Notes: generated from the letters alone by a model not told the origin. 63,951 nt of DNA, filler included, from Octopus bimaculoides (GCF_001194135.2; 7 parts of 6 records of this genome joined end to end with filler, not necessarily neighbours in it), one strand, 5' to 3'. Shown: positions 36,733 through 49,840, numbered from the whole stretch's first letter. Numbers and translations are program-made.

Positions 36733-36951
36733 AGAGTGGGTGTGTGGTAAAAAGCAAGGCACAGGCGTGAGGGTGTGGTAAGAAGGTAAACGCAGGCGTG
36801 GCTGTGTGGTAAGAAACTTGCTACACAACGACATGGTTCCGGGTTCAGTCCCATTCCGTTGCACCTTGGGCAAGTGTCTTCTACTGTAGCCTCGGGCCGA
36901 CTAAAGCCTTATGAGTGGGTTTGGTAAACGGAAGCTGAAAGAAGCTTGTCG

Positions 36952-36986
<35 letters not shown>

Positions 36987-37210
36987 GTGTGTGTCTTTAT
37001 GTCTGTGTTTGTTCCTCCACCATCGCTTGACAACCGGTGTTGGTGTGTTTATGTCCCCGTAACTTAGAGGTTCGGCAAAAGAGACCGACAGAATAAGTAC
37101 TAGGCTTACAAAGAATAAGTCCCGGGGTCAATTTCTTCGACTAAAACTCATTAGGGCGGTGCTCCAGCTTGGCCGCAGTTATATGACTGAAACAAGTAAA
37201 AGAATAAAAG
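36733..37210 (+). mobile_element. SINE-A, full length, preceded by two extra 5' head stubs
   Basis: gtgggtgtgtggtaaaaag / gcacaggcgtgagggtgtggtaagaag / gcaggcgtggctgtgtggtaagaaac, followed by a complete element. Confidence 0.9.
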
Positions 37211-37687
37211 CACATACAATAAATTAGGAATCCCTGTCAACAACAGAAAAAGCAAACACACACAACAGCAACTGATATATTAACAGGAATATTTTGAATT
37301 CTATATTGTTAGTAAGTTAATAGTAAAATTAATGACGTTGAAGCTGATGTCGAAAAAGCAGCTGTATAGTTCATTGGCAGAGGAATTATATTTCAAATTG
37401 AGACGAATTTTAATAAAGGAACATAAAGGCGACTGAATTTAAGCAAGTAGACATCATAAAACCTTGCTTTGACAACGTCGGAGCTCATTTAACAAAACTC
37501 CCATACTGAAAATCATAATCTGGTAAGTAAAGAAAACAAAAATATTGAGACGGACATTTAGAAACTATGAAAGCCAAAAATGACGCAAACAATCAGATAA
37601 GCAATATACAGAAAATTTAAGCGAAAAACAATACTTAGACACAGATAAAATGATTGAGGAAACGAAAGAGAGGTGGAGAGGGAGAGG

Positions 37688-37763
<76 letters not shown>

Positions 37764-38557
37764 GAGAGAGAGAGAGAGGGGAGATGGAGAAATACGGATA
37801 GAAAGAGATGCTGACACCCAAAAAGATAAACATAAATATTCTGAGACATTGACATTGAGGCAGGAGAACATCAACACGGTGATAAAGAAACAAAGTTGAT
37901 AATAATTGCTGAGTCACAAAAATACTCAGATAAAACTCTCCGATTCAGTTACGAACATTCACAATTTCTCTGTCTTTCACACACAAACATATAAACGTAA
38001 TATACACAAAACGCCCCCCCCTCCACACACGTGCAGAAAGTGTGAGACAAAATGAGAGTGATGTAAAGATATAAAAACAGAGAGAAAGAAAGAGACTTTA
38101 AAATTAATTAGCTACTAAGAAAATAGGTAGTGAAATGGAAATTGAAAGAGCGTTACAGAAAGAGGAAAGAAGAGATGATTGGGTGAGAGAGATTTTGAAG
38201 TATGCATTAATTAGCCTGAGATGCAAATAGAAAGAGAAATTGGAGACATACATAGATACACATATAAGCGTACTGTACTAATTAGGACATTTTATAAAGT
38301 AATTTTAATTGAGATTGCATGAGTGGGTACACCAGACAAATGTAAACAAATGTCTATACAATCCATCCATTGGTAAACATGAGGAACCTGTTAAATAGGT
38401 TTGATTCCGATTTCGGATACGCATTAAGATCACTACCGTCCGTTATGTATATGTATATATATATATATATNNNNNNNNNNNNNNNNNNNNNNNNNNNNNN
38501 NNNNNNNNNNNNNNNNNNNNNNNNNNNNNNNNNNNNNNNNNNNNNNNNNNNNNNNNN

Positions 38558-38629
<72 letters not shown>

Positions 38630-39140
38630 GCATGTATGTGTGCGTGTATGTCATTAAATCGGTAAGTCAGAGACTTCACTAAACCGGAGAATGTGATTTT
38701 CATAAATAGCATATTGCTGGCAGTTAGTTCAGTTAATTGATTTTGGATACGCTAAACAGCGTATTCGTCTGGATAGATAATAGGCGGATGTACGGTGTCT
38801 GATGGCCACCCCTTCTACCAACTGGGAGGAAAATGGGATGAACTCAGGAGTCCTTTCCAAACCATGGAAACATTTGATTACACGTAGACACAGACATGCT
38901 TCCTCTTTCTTCTTCTTCTTCTTCTTCTTCTTCTTCTTCTTCTTCTTCTTCTTCTTCTTCTTCTTCTTCTTCTTCTTCTCCTCCTCCTCCTCCTCCTCCT
39001 CCTCCTTCTTCTTCTTCTTCTTCTTCTTCTTCTTCTTCTCNNNNNNNNNNNNNNNNNNNNNNNNNNNNNNNNNNNNNNNNNNNNTTAATTAATTAANNNN
39101 NNNNNNNNNNNNNNNNNNNNNNNNNNNNNNNNNNNNNNNN

Positions 39141-39203
<63 letters not shown>

Positions 39204-39900
39204 AGTTATATATCAAGTATGTTTGTATGTAGTAAGGAACTATTAGTTATGACGATGGTTGATCTGTTGTTCGTCCTATTTTACTTTACTCTTCACATTT
39301 GTGTAATGTCCTATATAGTTTTAATAAACTCTATGTAATACAGTATTGTGTGTGTGTGTGTTAACTTTTAATGTAATGTATATATAATATAATGTAATAT
39401 ATGTTAATATATATTGATTTTAAGCGTCGAATCTTATGTTATCCCGTTAATCAACAATGGTTTGTGGGTTCAGAATCCGGTAGGTTGTCTAATGAGAGAG
39501 AACTTCTACGTGTTCCCTTGAGTTTCTGGATGTAGCTGTCAAATCTTCTTCTAAACATCCTACTCTTCAATACCTAGAGAAATGACCTTATATTATCTAA
39601 TGCAGATTATACTGTCCCACTTTAAAAGACGGGATTGTCATCGCTGGAACGAATTTTCCAATGGATATGCTTAATCAGGGGTGATATGGAACTAAAACCC
39701 AATATAGAGAACTAGGTATTTACCCTTTTCTCCATATTACTCTCTCTCCCTCTCATTCTCTTTCCCTTTCTTTCTCTCTCTCTCTCTACGACTTTATCTT
39801 TATCTCTGTCTCTCCGTTCCCTTGGTGTATTTTCTCTCTATTTCACAAATAAACCAAGACATCAATGAATTTTTACGCACACTCGCACACACACACACAT

Positions 39901-39935
<35 letters not shown>

Positions 39936-40055
39936 TACACACACACGCACGCACGTTACTCAATGCAAGACGTAGTGGATGTAGTGTTTTGCCTGAAGAT
40001 CGCAGTGGCGTGAAACATGAGTCACGAGACAAACTCTCAATTATACAAATACGTT

Positions 40056-40087
<32 letters not shown>

Positions 40088-41218
40088 TGTATGTATGTAT
40101 GTATGTATGTATGCGGGCGAACTCTATTATGTGCTATGAGCTGCTGATTTGGGTATATCACCTCTTTTTTTACTTATACATCCAGCGAAGATGTGTAAGT
40201 TATTGTTTCCGATACAAAAGCGCAGTTTTTCATAAAATCATTAAAAGAAATGGGCAAAGAATAAGACGAGTTTTTTTTTTTTTTTATATCCGTTGTGTAT
40301 TAGTTACGTTCTNNNNNNNNNNGAGTTTTTTTTTTTTTTATATCCGTTGTGTATTAGTTACGTTCTCAAACAAATTGTTTGATGGCTTGTGTATTCTAGT
40401 TTACTGACTGACAGAAAACGTCAAAAATCCCTGCGAGGAACAAATAAATTGATAGCTAGAAAATAGCTAGAAATGTGGTATAGAAATATAGATTGGATGG
40501 GAAAAGGAAAGGATTGATTACGTGATGTTATTGTTTTTCTGTTAAATGAAAATTTACCGGAAAGTTTCTAAAAATACGATTATCGAAAACTTCAAATATA
40601 AAGAATTAAAAACGTATTTATTAAACGATGCGAGCATTTCAACGGAAGGAGGAAATTCAAGAAGAAACATTAGAAAATCAATAACGATTCTATTATTAGA
40701 ACAGTTAGCTTAACTTAGAACTATTTATTTTTCTGTTTCTAAAGAACAAAAAAATCATTGGTTGTATATCTAGCAGTCAATACTTTCAGAGTAATTGATT
40801 CAATTGATTGTCTGGTATTTGTGGATGTATATACTATCACTTAATAGGTTCCATTTTGTCATTAGGATTAGCCAAAAGAAACGATCCATATTCAAAAAGT
40901 GAGTTTGACTTTATCAAAAGAAATGTGAGCCTTGTCTATGCTTTTAGCTATTCAGTTTATTTGTATAGAAAACTCACGAAAATGCTATAGAGACGATTCA
41001 GAGGTAGGATATACATATTCTGTATTTGACGGCATAAAAGACGCGCAGGAATATTAGATGCTACCCTATTTCAGCTGCGCATATTCAGAAAAGAAAAAAA
41101 AATTTTTTAATGCGTTATGCTTGACTTCGCATATAAAACCTGGATGATTTTTTTAGACATTGCGGTTGAAAGGAACCCCCCCCCCCCAAAGAAACCACCA
41201 AAATACATGCGTCTAATA

Positions 41219-41220
<2 letters not shown>

Positions 41221-41251
<31 letters not shown>

Positions 41252-41485
41252 TGTGTGTGTGTGTGTGTTGTGTTGTGTATATGTGTGTTTGTTCATCCAC
41301 CGCTTGACGACCGGTGTTAATTTGCTTACACACCCATAATATAGCGATTCGGTAAACAGAGAGCGATAGAACAAGTACCAAACTTTAAATAAGTAATGGA
41401 GGGGGATTCGTTCGATTAAACCCTCCAAGGTCGTATCCTAGTATGGCCGCCGTCCAAAGACTGAAACAAGTAAAAGATAAAAGGT
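41221..41485 (+). mobile_element. SINE-A 3' half
   Basis: (TG)n followed by ccgcttgacgaccggtg...gactgaaacaagtaaaagataaaagg. Confidence 0.8.
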
Positions 41486-42009
41486 AAAATACGCAACTTA
41501 TTTTAATCTTTTGTCAACAACATGGTAAATATTTATCAATAAAGCATTTACCTTTTAAAATTGTATTCAATAGAAAGAGAAATGGACAGCTGACGGTAGT
41601 ATGTATTTGATTATTAAAATCTTAGTCAAACAAGAAAAAGAATCCAATAGGTCTGGGGGGAAATCCCGCTTAAGTTAAGAGAGATATTAAACAGTAAAAA
41701 TAAATATAAAATAACCTTGCTATATTTTGGAAGAGTCATAATCGATAAAGCCTATAAACATACTCAACAGTTGTTGCTTATTTAAATTTCACTTTTCTGT
41801 CTTTTTCAAAACAGTTGATATGAAACTGTGTTTCAGATAAAAATCCTTGCAAAGCAAATTCAAAATATGAACTAATCTATTTACTTTTTATAAATCGGTA
41901 AAATTATATATGAAATAAATTGTCTTTCTTGTTAACAGTAAATATGTAATTTTATAGTTTAGAATCCAATTACATTCTAAATGTAACTCATCCTCATATA
42001 TATTATAAC

Positions 42010-42385
42010 CTGTCTTCACTACTCTGCTTGCTTGATTGCTTCATGCTCTTGCTTGATGGTGCTAGAGACATCCCAGGTTAGTGGTTCCAGAGGCGTCAGC
42101 GTGCTTAAAGTCGACCAGATCCACCAGTGCTCCCATCGCAGGCGGACCCGTGCCAGCGCTCCTGCATCCTCCAAGATGACGTCGAATATCTGGAGATCTT
42201 CCTTAATTACGTCCAGCCATTTGGTGCGGAGCCTTCCACGGAGCCTCTTCCAGCTCGCAGCTACTGCGTCGAACGAGAGTATGGCCCTCGTAGGATGATC
42301 TGGCGGGAGGCAGAGGGCATGTCCGTGCAAGCGCATGCGGCGAATAGCTGTGAGGTGGGAGGCTGCGAGAGCGCATGTAGTTCTT
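42010..42385 (-). mobile_element. RTE-clade LINE 3' end
   Basis: IRRMRLHGHALCLPPDHPTRAILSFDAVAASWKRLRGRLRTKWLDVIKEDL matches RTE R.L.W.GH..R......R....W.RPRGRP.T.W.D.V..DL. It ends in a caagcaag-type tail. Confidence 0.85.
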
Positions 42386-42887
42386 TGTTAGAAATACTAT
42401 GTATAATTAAATAAAGTAAATAGTCAAAATTAATAGCCGTGTTTTTCCTTGGAGCCTTAACTCCTTGATGGAGTTGTAGGGGCGCTATTGTGACATATAG
42501 TGTATCTTGGGCATCTCATTCCTCTTCATGTTTGACCACAGTTTATTCTTCCAGAAAGAAAGACAGGACACAAAAACGAGTAAAAGGAAGAGAAGAATTG
42601 ACCCCAGTACAAAACTGGCACTTTATGTATCGACCCAATAAGAATGAAAAGCAAATATGAACTTGGCGGAATTTGAACTCCGGGCGAAGAAACGATTGCT
42701 AGTCAAGCAATCTGTCCAACATTTTAATAAGTCTCTCAGTTGCTTTGAAGTAAAAAGTAGTGTTTGAGGAAAGTGGTGATTGGCACCATTAGAAAACATC
42801 ACACTGCGATGAAGAGAAGTGCCTGAAACATTAGATGTTTTGTCATCCTCGAGTCAATTTATGTCACTTTTGAACTCTCTTTATTCT

Positions 42888-43316
42888 TTCTCTTTTTACT
42901 ATTTTACTTGTTTTAGTCATTTGACTGCGGCCATGCTGGAGCACCGCCTTTAGTCGAGCAAATCGACCCCAGAACTTATTCTTTGCAAGCCTAGTACTTA
43001 TTCTATCGGTCTCTTTTGCCGAACCGCTAATTTACGTTCCCGTAAACACACCAGCATCGGTTGTCAAGCGATGTTGGGGGGAACAAACACAGACACACAA
43101 ACACACACACACACACACACATATATACATATACATATATACATATATACATATATGCGACGGGCTTCTTTCAGCTTCTGTCTACCAAATCCACTCAGAA
43201 GGCTTTGGTCGGCCCGAGGCTATAGTAGAAGTCACTTGCCCAAGGTGCCCAGTGGGACTGAACCCGGAACCATGTGGTTGGTAAGAAAGCTACTTACCAC
43301 ACAGCCACTCCTGTGC
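42888..43316 (-). mobile_element. SINE-A, full length
   Basis: Near-consensus inverse copy of 25478-25898. Confidence 0.92.
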
Positions 43317-44040
43317 ATAATTATGGTAAATTCTGACAGTTGTTAGCACATCTCCTTTCCTATTATACATGGAATAGAAAGTCATCCAGCTGATTAGTAA
43401 TGACTTAATCGTCAACATATTACAAATAGAGACTCGCGAATACATTGTCCTTCTTCTGACATTTCTGGTCCTCTAAATTTACAGGCTACACCGCACCTCC
43501 ATCCTATCTCACACGATACACCTATTTCTCTTTCTTTCGCCATTACTACTGTATCTTATCCCCCAAAACTAGCACTAAATGCTTATTCAAATTATTCCTT
43601 CTCAGAACTCTAGATTTCCCTTATGCTGCATTTTGTCTTTCAGCTATTGGTCTACAGATGTTCAAGCTAAAGAACATCTACAGCGATCTCACTAATATGG
43701 GAAAGCCTGTAAAAATCAAATCAAGAAGCGTGATTTATATTGTTAAAATTTATATAAGCCACCGTAAGGATGAAATTACAGACTAATCTGAAATTAGTGG
43801 TAATAGTGTACAATTTCTGTAAGCGCGAAATCTTGTAAACTGAGGTAACCATGATGCGGAGTATGCCAGTATATACACATACACAATACTGTACAGTTGA
43901 AGTCACTTAATGTGAACACTTTGAGATGAAGTTTTTCTATAATAATAACAGATTGATAACTATATCCGTAATTGTCTCAAGCGGCTTCTCCTCTCCTCTC
44001 TCTCTTTCTTTGCTCCTCTCTCTTTAAATTCTACAGATAC

Positions 44041-44385
44041 ATATATATATGTATGTGTATGTGTATGTGTATATATATATAAGAATTTAAGGATTGGAGA
44101 AAACGCATGTTATAATTGCATACTTTATTCCTACATATGTTTCAAAGGATTACATTTATTCTATCAGAAGAATTTTTATTCATTAAGATAGAAGAAATAC
44201 ACATAATTATATATATATATATATATATGTATATGTATGTGTATGTGTATATATATATAAGAATTTAAGGATTGGAGAAAACGCATGTTATAATTGCATA
44301 CTTTATTCCTACATATGTTTCAAAGGATTACATTTATTCTATCAGAAGAATTTTTATTCATTAAGATAGAAGAAATACACATAAT

Positions 44386-44405
<20 letters not shown>
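44041..44405. repeat. 178-bp perfect tandem duplication containing a hammerhead relic
   Basis: The unique core of 44080-44210 recurs identically 178 bp downstream, bounded by (TA)n. Confidence 0.9.
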
Positions 44406-44433
<28 letters not shown>

Positions 44434-44613
44434 TGTATATGCCATGTGCTCGTTACACATTGATGGAGTCGCAGGGGCACCGTCGTGAAATATGGCGTCT
44501 CTGCAATCATAGCAGAACGCGTTTCTCTCCAAGTCCAACCACAGTTGATTTCTTCCATCAGGAGACAGCTAGCTAGCTAGATACATAGATAGATAGAGAT
44601 AGAGAGAGAGATT

Positions 44614-44696
<83 letters not shown>

Positions 44697-44889
44697 AGAG
44701 AGAAATAATAATCGAACCCCTGAATAGAACTAGTACTTGATTTATTCATTTCGTAAGGATCAAGGTAGAGTTGATTGCAGCAAGATTTGGGAGTCGGAAC
44801 GATTACTCCAAAGTGATTTATCCGACGCTCAAATGATACTGACAATTAGCCTCAAATACATACATACATACATACATGTATTAACATTA

Positions 44890-45125
44890 TCAACCACATA
44901 TACTTAACGTGTATGCTTCGCGTGTACGTCGGTAGGATGCGATTTCGCGAGGTAGAGAATACTCTCTCGAAGCGCCTGGTATTAAAACATCTGAAAGTCA
45001 TGGACAGGCGAGATAACCCATGTGTAATCACATCTAGGAGTGGTGAACAGCTATGTTTCGCCATTTTTGTGGCTTATCAACATCACATACCTGGACAGGA
45101 TCGGAGATGAATCACTTCGCCAGTA
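44890..45125 (-). mobile_element. Short non-autonomous element (Penelope/retrozyme-like) carrying a hammerhead ribozyme
   Basis: A mixed-composition island of about 230 bp between (TACA)n tracts, containing the fold below. The boundaries are inferred. Confidence 0.55.
45033..45095 (-). ncRNA. Type I hammerhead ribozyme with a U3-A8 variant core
   Basis: Minus strand: uccagg-uau-gugaug UUGAUAA gcca(caaaaa)uggc GAAA ca(uagc)ug UU caccac-u-ccuaga. All three stems and the NUH site are present. Confidence 0.7.
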
Positions 45126-46231
45126 TGTATGTTTGTACACACTCATATAAATATACATACATATATATATATTTCGTTTTTGGATTTGGTTTGCAAGATT
45201 TTTTATGTGATTTCGTGTGTTGAAGCATATTCTGTTGTGTCTGGGGAGAGTCATCTTCTTTTCGTGCCTTAAAATTTAACACACTCACCGTTAAAATTTC
45301 CACTTATTTTTATTTTCCTAAAATTTTCGTTGCGTCTTGCAACCTTTTCAAGTCTTGACTCTGTCCGTTATTCACATTGCGTTCTGTTTTTTCTGTTCTT
45401 TTTTTTTTGCGCATGCGTGTGTCTCAGTGTGTGTGTATGTATGTATGCGTGTATGTATGTATGCGTGTATGTGTGCATGTGTGTGTATGTATGTCTGTGT
45501 GTGTACATATGCATATATGTATGTATGTGTGTGTATGTATATATGCATGCATGTGTGTGTTTGCATGTATGTATGTATGTATTCTGCATTTGTGTGTGTG
45601 TGTTTTTTTGACCAATCTGCACTTGTATTTGAAATATCCTTTTGTTTTTTCTTTTCCGCTTCTTTTTTATAATTGTATTTTGTATTTCCGAACTGGCGTT
45701 TTATCATTGGGCATAATATTTTCCATGGTAAAAATACTAGTTCGGAAATTGAGAAAATTAGCCCAGTGCTATTTTAGTAACTGATATTTGGATCAAATTA
45801 TTAGGTTTGTTAGCTTCATGATGCAAATGATTATAGTCACATCCTGTATGGCTGCTTTTCTTTCTTTATATATATATATTCTTTCTTTTTTCTTAGTTTT
45901 GTAAAACTGAATTATACTAAAAATATTAAAATAACCGATATACTAACTTTCCAGATGATAAAAGCATGCACATAATACTATATCATTTTCCCTACAAATT
46001 TGAAATATTAATATTAACTTAGACCATGCACAGAATATACTTGCAGTATGTTAGTTAAAATATTTTTTCTAGATATTAGTACTTGAAATCTAAATACACG
46101 ATAACTTGAATTTACCAGTGTAAGTCATACATCTAGGAAATTAATTAAAATCGCTGTGACAATATCTTAAACATTTTGCTGAATAAAACGAACAGACCCA
46201 ACACTAGACCAACAATATTATTTTAATTTTC

Positions 46232-47010
46232 GAAGGCGGCGACCTGGCAGAAACGTTAGTACGCCGAGCGAAATGTTTAGCAGTATTTTGTCTGTCTCTA
46301 CGTTCTGAGTTCAAATTCTGCCGAGGTTGACTTTGCCTTACATTCTTTCGGGGTCGATAAATTAAGTACCAGTTGCATAGTGGGGCCATCTAATCGACTG
46401 GGCTCCTCTCCCTAAAAATTTCGGCCCTTGTGCCTAGAGTAAAAAAGAAGATTATTTTAATTTTCACGGCAAGTATGGCAGACAGCTCCGGGCATGTTTC
46501 GCTTCTGCTATATTTGTCGAAATAGTGAGGAGAGGATTAACCAAACCAGAAAGACATTTTATTCTATTCCTCACTCATGGTTGCTTGCTGGCTTTCTGCA
46601 TTTGGTAAAGTTTTCTGCGACTCAAGCTTTACAAAGATGACTTTGTAACTGAAAGCAAAATGATTGTCTCCTTCTCAAATAATATTCCAGAGACGCAGTC
46701 TGCGGTTCTGTTTATTTTTGGCACCAAACCTCATGTTATTTCTTTTAGTATTTGATTAATGGTATTAAGAGTTCTTTTTGTATTATATGAATAATTAAAC
46801 GAGGCGAACTGTCAAAATAATTAGAGCATCGTAAAAAAAAAAATACTTTGCAGTATTTCTTCCAGCTCTTTACAGTCTGAATTCAAATCTCGTGGAAGTC
46901 AACTTCGCATTTTATCCTTCCGGGATAAAATAAAGTGCCTGTTAAGTACTGAGATTGTTGTAATCGACTAATTTCCCTCCCCTCAAAATTGGTAACGCTG
47001 TGCCCTAAAT
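46232..47010 (+). mobile_element. Two SINE-B copies (46232-46455 and 46800-47010)
   Basis: Heads ggcggcgacctggcagaaacgttag and gaggcgaactgtcaaaata, each with the core and tail. Confidence 0.85.
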
Positions 47011-47169
47011 CAGAAACCACTATATGATTAACTAAGTGCAATTAATCAAGCCAGTATCGTATTTAAATATATAAAGAAGCAATTAATCTTAAATATTTTG
47101 ATTTCGATTCTGTAATATGATTTCTAATGAAATATAAAAGAACTTCAAGGAAATCCCTTTCACATTTTT

Positions 47170-47385
47170 CTCTTTTACTTGTTTCACTCATTGGACTGCG
47201 GCCATGCTAGGACACCACCTTAGAAAGTTCAGAAGAATAAATCTACCTCAGGAATTTTTTTAAGTGTCACACTTATTTTAGAGTCTCTACCAAACCCCTA
47301 ATTTACGGGAATGCAAACAAACCAACACTGGTTGTCAAGTGGTGATGGAGAACAAACAGAACACAAAGACACATACATACATTTT

Positions 47386-47425
<40 letters not shown>

Positions 47426-47566
47426 TTTCCGCCTACCAATTCGCAGGGCATTGTCGGTGCGAGGCTATAGTAGAAGACACTTAAACCAAAGTGTGTCACA
47501 CAGCTGGATTGAACTCGAAGCCAGGTAGTTGCAAAGCGAACTTTTTAACCACAGCCATGTCTGCGC
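47170..47566 (-). mobile_element. SINE-A, diverged, with an internal (GA)n
   Basis: Reverse-complement tail cttttacttgtttcactcattggactgcggccatg and head aaccacagccatgtctgcg. Confidence 0.8.
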
Positions 47567-47939
47567 CTAGGTATATGCAAAACAGAAATGATTTCTAACA
47601 TCTACCCAAGGCCACCCGTTTTGAAGGTGAAGCTAGTCAATCATAATGACTCCACTATTTCACTGGTATATATTTTATTATTCACGGAAAACTGTTAAAT
47701 AATATCGACATTAGGGGAAATTGAACTGAGAACATAAATACCGTTTTAAGGCACTGGTACATTGGGCAATTGTCCAGGTTCCTCATGATTGTAGGGGCCT
47801 CACTTCTGACCTGTATATGTTGTAGTCTGTTATCAATAAATAAAGCAGTATAGGACTTTATTGAAAACGGTGCCAAATTTACTAAAGTTTGTGGTGACAC
47901 AGCAAAATGTCTTATTCGTAGTTATTACTGTTATCATCA

Positions 47940-48680
47940 GATTTCAAATTCCACCGATATCAACTTTGTCTTTCATCATTTTGGGATGAAATAAGTATCA
48001 GCGGAACACTAGGGCTCGACGTAAGCAACTTACCCCTCCTTTAAAATTGCTGGCCTTGTGCCAAAATTTTAAACCATAAAGGCGGCGAGTTGGCAGAATT
48101 GTTAGCACGCCGGACAAAATGCTTAGTGGAATTTCTTCCGGATTTTTACGTTCTGAGTTCAAATTCACCGAAGTCAACTTTGTCTTTCATCCTTTCGGGG
48201 TTCGATAAAATAAATAGCTGTTGAACATTGGGATTCGACAAGCCACCAACTCCAAATTCCAGGCTTTGTACCGATAGTAGATAATATTATTAAAACTATA
48301 TTAGTACGCGGGAGGGCGGCGAACTGGCAGAGTCGTTAGCATGCAGGACAACATGCTTGCGGCATTTCGCCCTTCTTTATGTTCTGAGTTCAAATTTCGC
48401 TGAGATTGAATTGCCTTTTATCCTTTCGAGGTCTATAAAATAAGTATCAGTTGAGTACTGGGGTCAATGTAATTGATTTACCCACTTCGACTAAGTGTAA
48501 GGCATTGTGCATTTAGAAGAAAGGACAATATTAATACTTGAGTTCAAATTCCGCCGGAGAATTTCGGGTCGATAGAATAAGTACTATTTGATCACTGGGA
48601 CTGATGTAATCGACTAACTCTTCTCTACCCACATTACTACAATTTTCCAGCCTTGTACCTACAGTAGAAATGATTATTAT
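47940..48680 (+). mobile_element. Four tandem SINE-B copies or fragments
   Basis: Repeated gagttcaaatt...tcatcctttcg.gg..gataaaataa blocks with heads at 48081 and 48315. Confidence 0.85.
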
Positions 48681-48758
48681 TGTCAAAAGACTTGAAATTG
48701 AATAAATAATTCTGGATACTGCTCTTCAAGCTTTTTAATGTTCTATATTTTGGACTCC

Positions 48759-49113
48759 CGTGGAGGCACAATGGCCCAGTGGTCACGGCAGCAGACATGC
48801 GGTCATAGGATCGCGGTTTCGATTCCCAACCGGGCGTTGTGAGTGTTTATTGAGCGAAAACACCTAAAGCCCCACGAGGCTCCGGCAGGGGATGGTGGCG
48901 AACCCTGCTATACTCTTTTACCACAACTTTCTCTCACTCTTTCTTCCTGTTTCTGTTGTGCCTGTAATTCAAAGGGCCAGCCTTGTCACACTGTGTCACG
49001 CTGAATATCCCCGAGAACTACGTTAAGGGTACACGTGTCTGTGGAGTGCTCAGCCACTTGCACGTTAATTTCACGAGCAGGCTGTTCTGTTGATCTGATC
49101 AACTGGAACCCTC
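48759..49113 (+). mobile_element. SINE-C, running into a gap
   Basis: cgtggaggcacaatggcccagtgg...ggtttcgattccc...gatcaactggaaccctc. Confidence 0.9.
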
Positions 49114-49840
49114 NNNNNNNNNNNNNNNNNNNNNNNNNNNNNNNNNNNNNNNNNNNNNNNNNNNNNNNNNNNNNNNNNNNNNNNNNNNNNNNNNNNNNNN
49201 NNNNNNNNNNNNNNNNNNNNNNNNNNNNNNNNNNNNNNNNNNNNNNNNNNNNNNNNNNNNNNNNNNNNNNNNNNNNNNNNNNNNNNNNNNNNNNNNNNNN
49301 NNNNNNNNNNNNNNNNNNNNNNNNNNNNNNNNNNNNNNNNNNNNNNNNNNNNNNNNNNNNNNNNNNNNNNNNNNNNNNNNNNNNNNNNNNNNNNNNNNNN
49401 NNNNNNNNNNNNNNNNNNNNNNNNNNNNNNNNNNNNNNNNNNNNNNNNNNNNNNNNNNNNNNNNNNNNNNNNNNNNNNNNNNNNNNNNNNNNNNNNNNNN
49501 NNNNNNNNNNNNNNNNNNNNNNNNNNNNNNNNNNNNNNNNNNNNNNNNNNNNNNNNNNNNNNNNNNNNNNNNNNNNNNNNNNNNNNNNNNNNNACACACA
49601 CACACACACATTGTTTTTCTTTATTTTTTTTAGTAACTTTACTGTTTGTATCAATCCGATACTCTTGATACAAATATTTGTTCTTCCAAACTCATTGAAA
49701 CTTCGTATTTTAGGTTTAATTTTTTTTCTAAAGATTTTATTTAGCACGATGATATTAGATCTATTCCTAAATTAACCGCTACAATTTCGTTTTTTATCGA
49801 GCTCTTGTCATTATCTTTCCAAGAATGTGTTTATCTTAAA

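Noticed and set aside
38783-38885. GCTVSDGHPFYQLGGKWDEL as a VWC/FN1-like exon
   Set aside because: There is no polypyrimidine acceptor or good donor, and the cysteine pattern is incomplete.
40268-40367. 45-bp direct repeat
   Set aside because: The identical copies flank a 10-N gap, so this is a contig-overlap artefact.
42783-42825. Further hammerhead-like strings (also about 12245-12297, 56655-56690, 59865-59895, 60700-60715)
   Set aside because: A GAAAC-palindrome or a partial core is present, but stems I and II cannot be completed. These are possible relics only.
44913-45110. GIY-YIG-like ORF (VYVG...LSKRL..KH)
   Set aside because: The similarity is superficial. The ORF is antisense to the hammerhead-bearing element and lacks the other motif residues.
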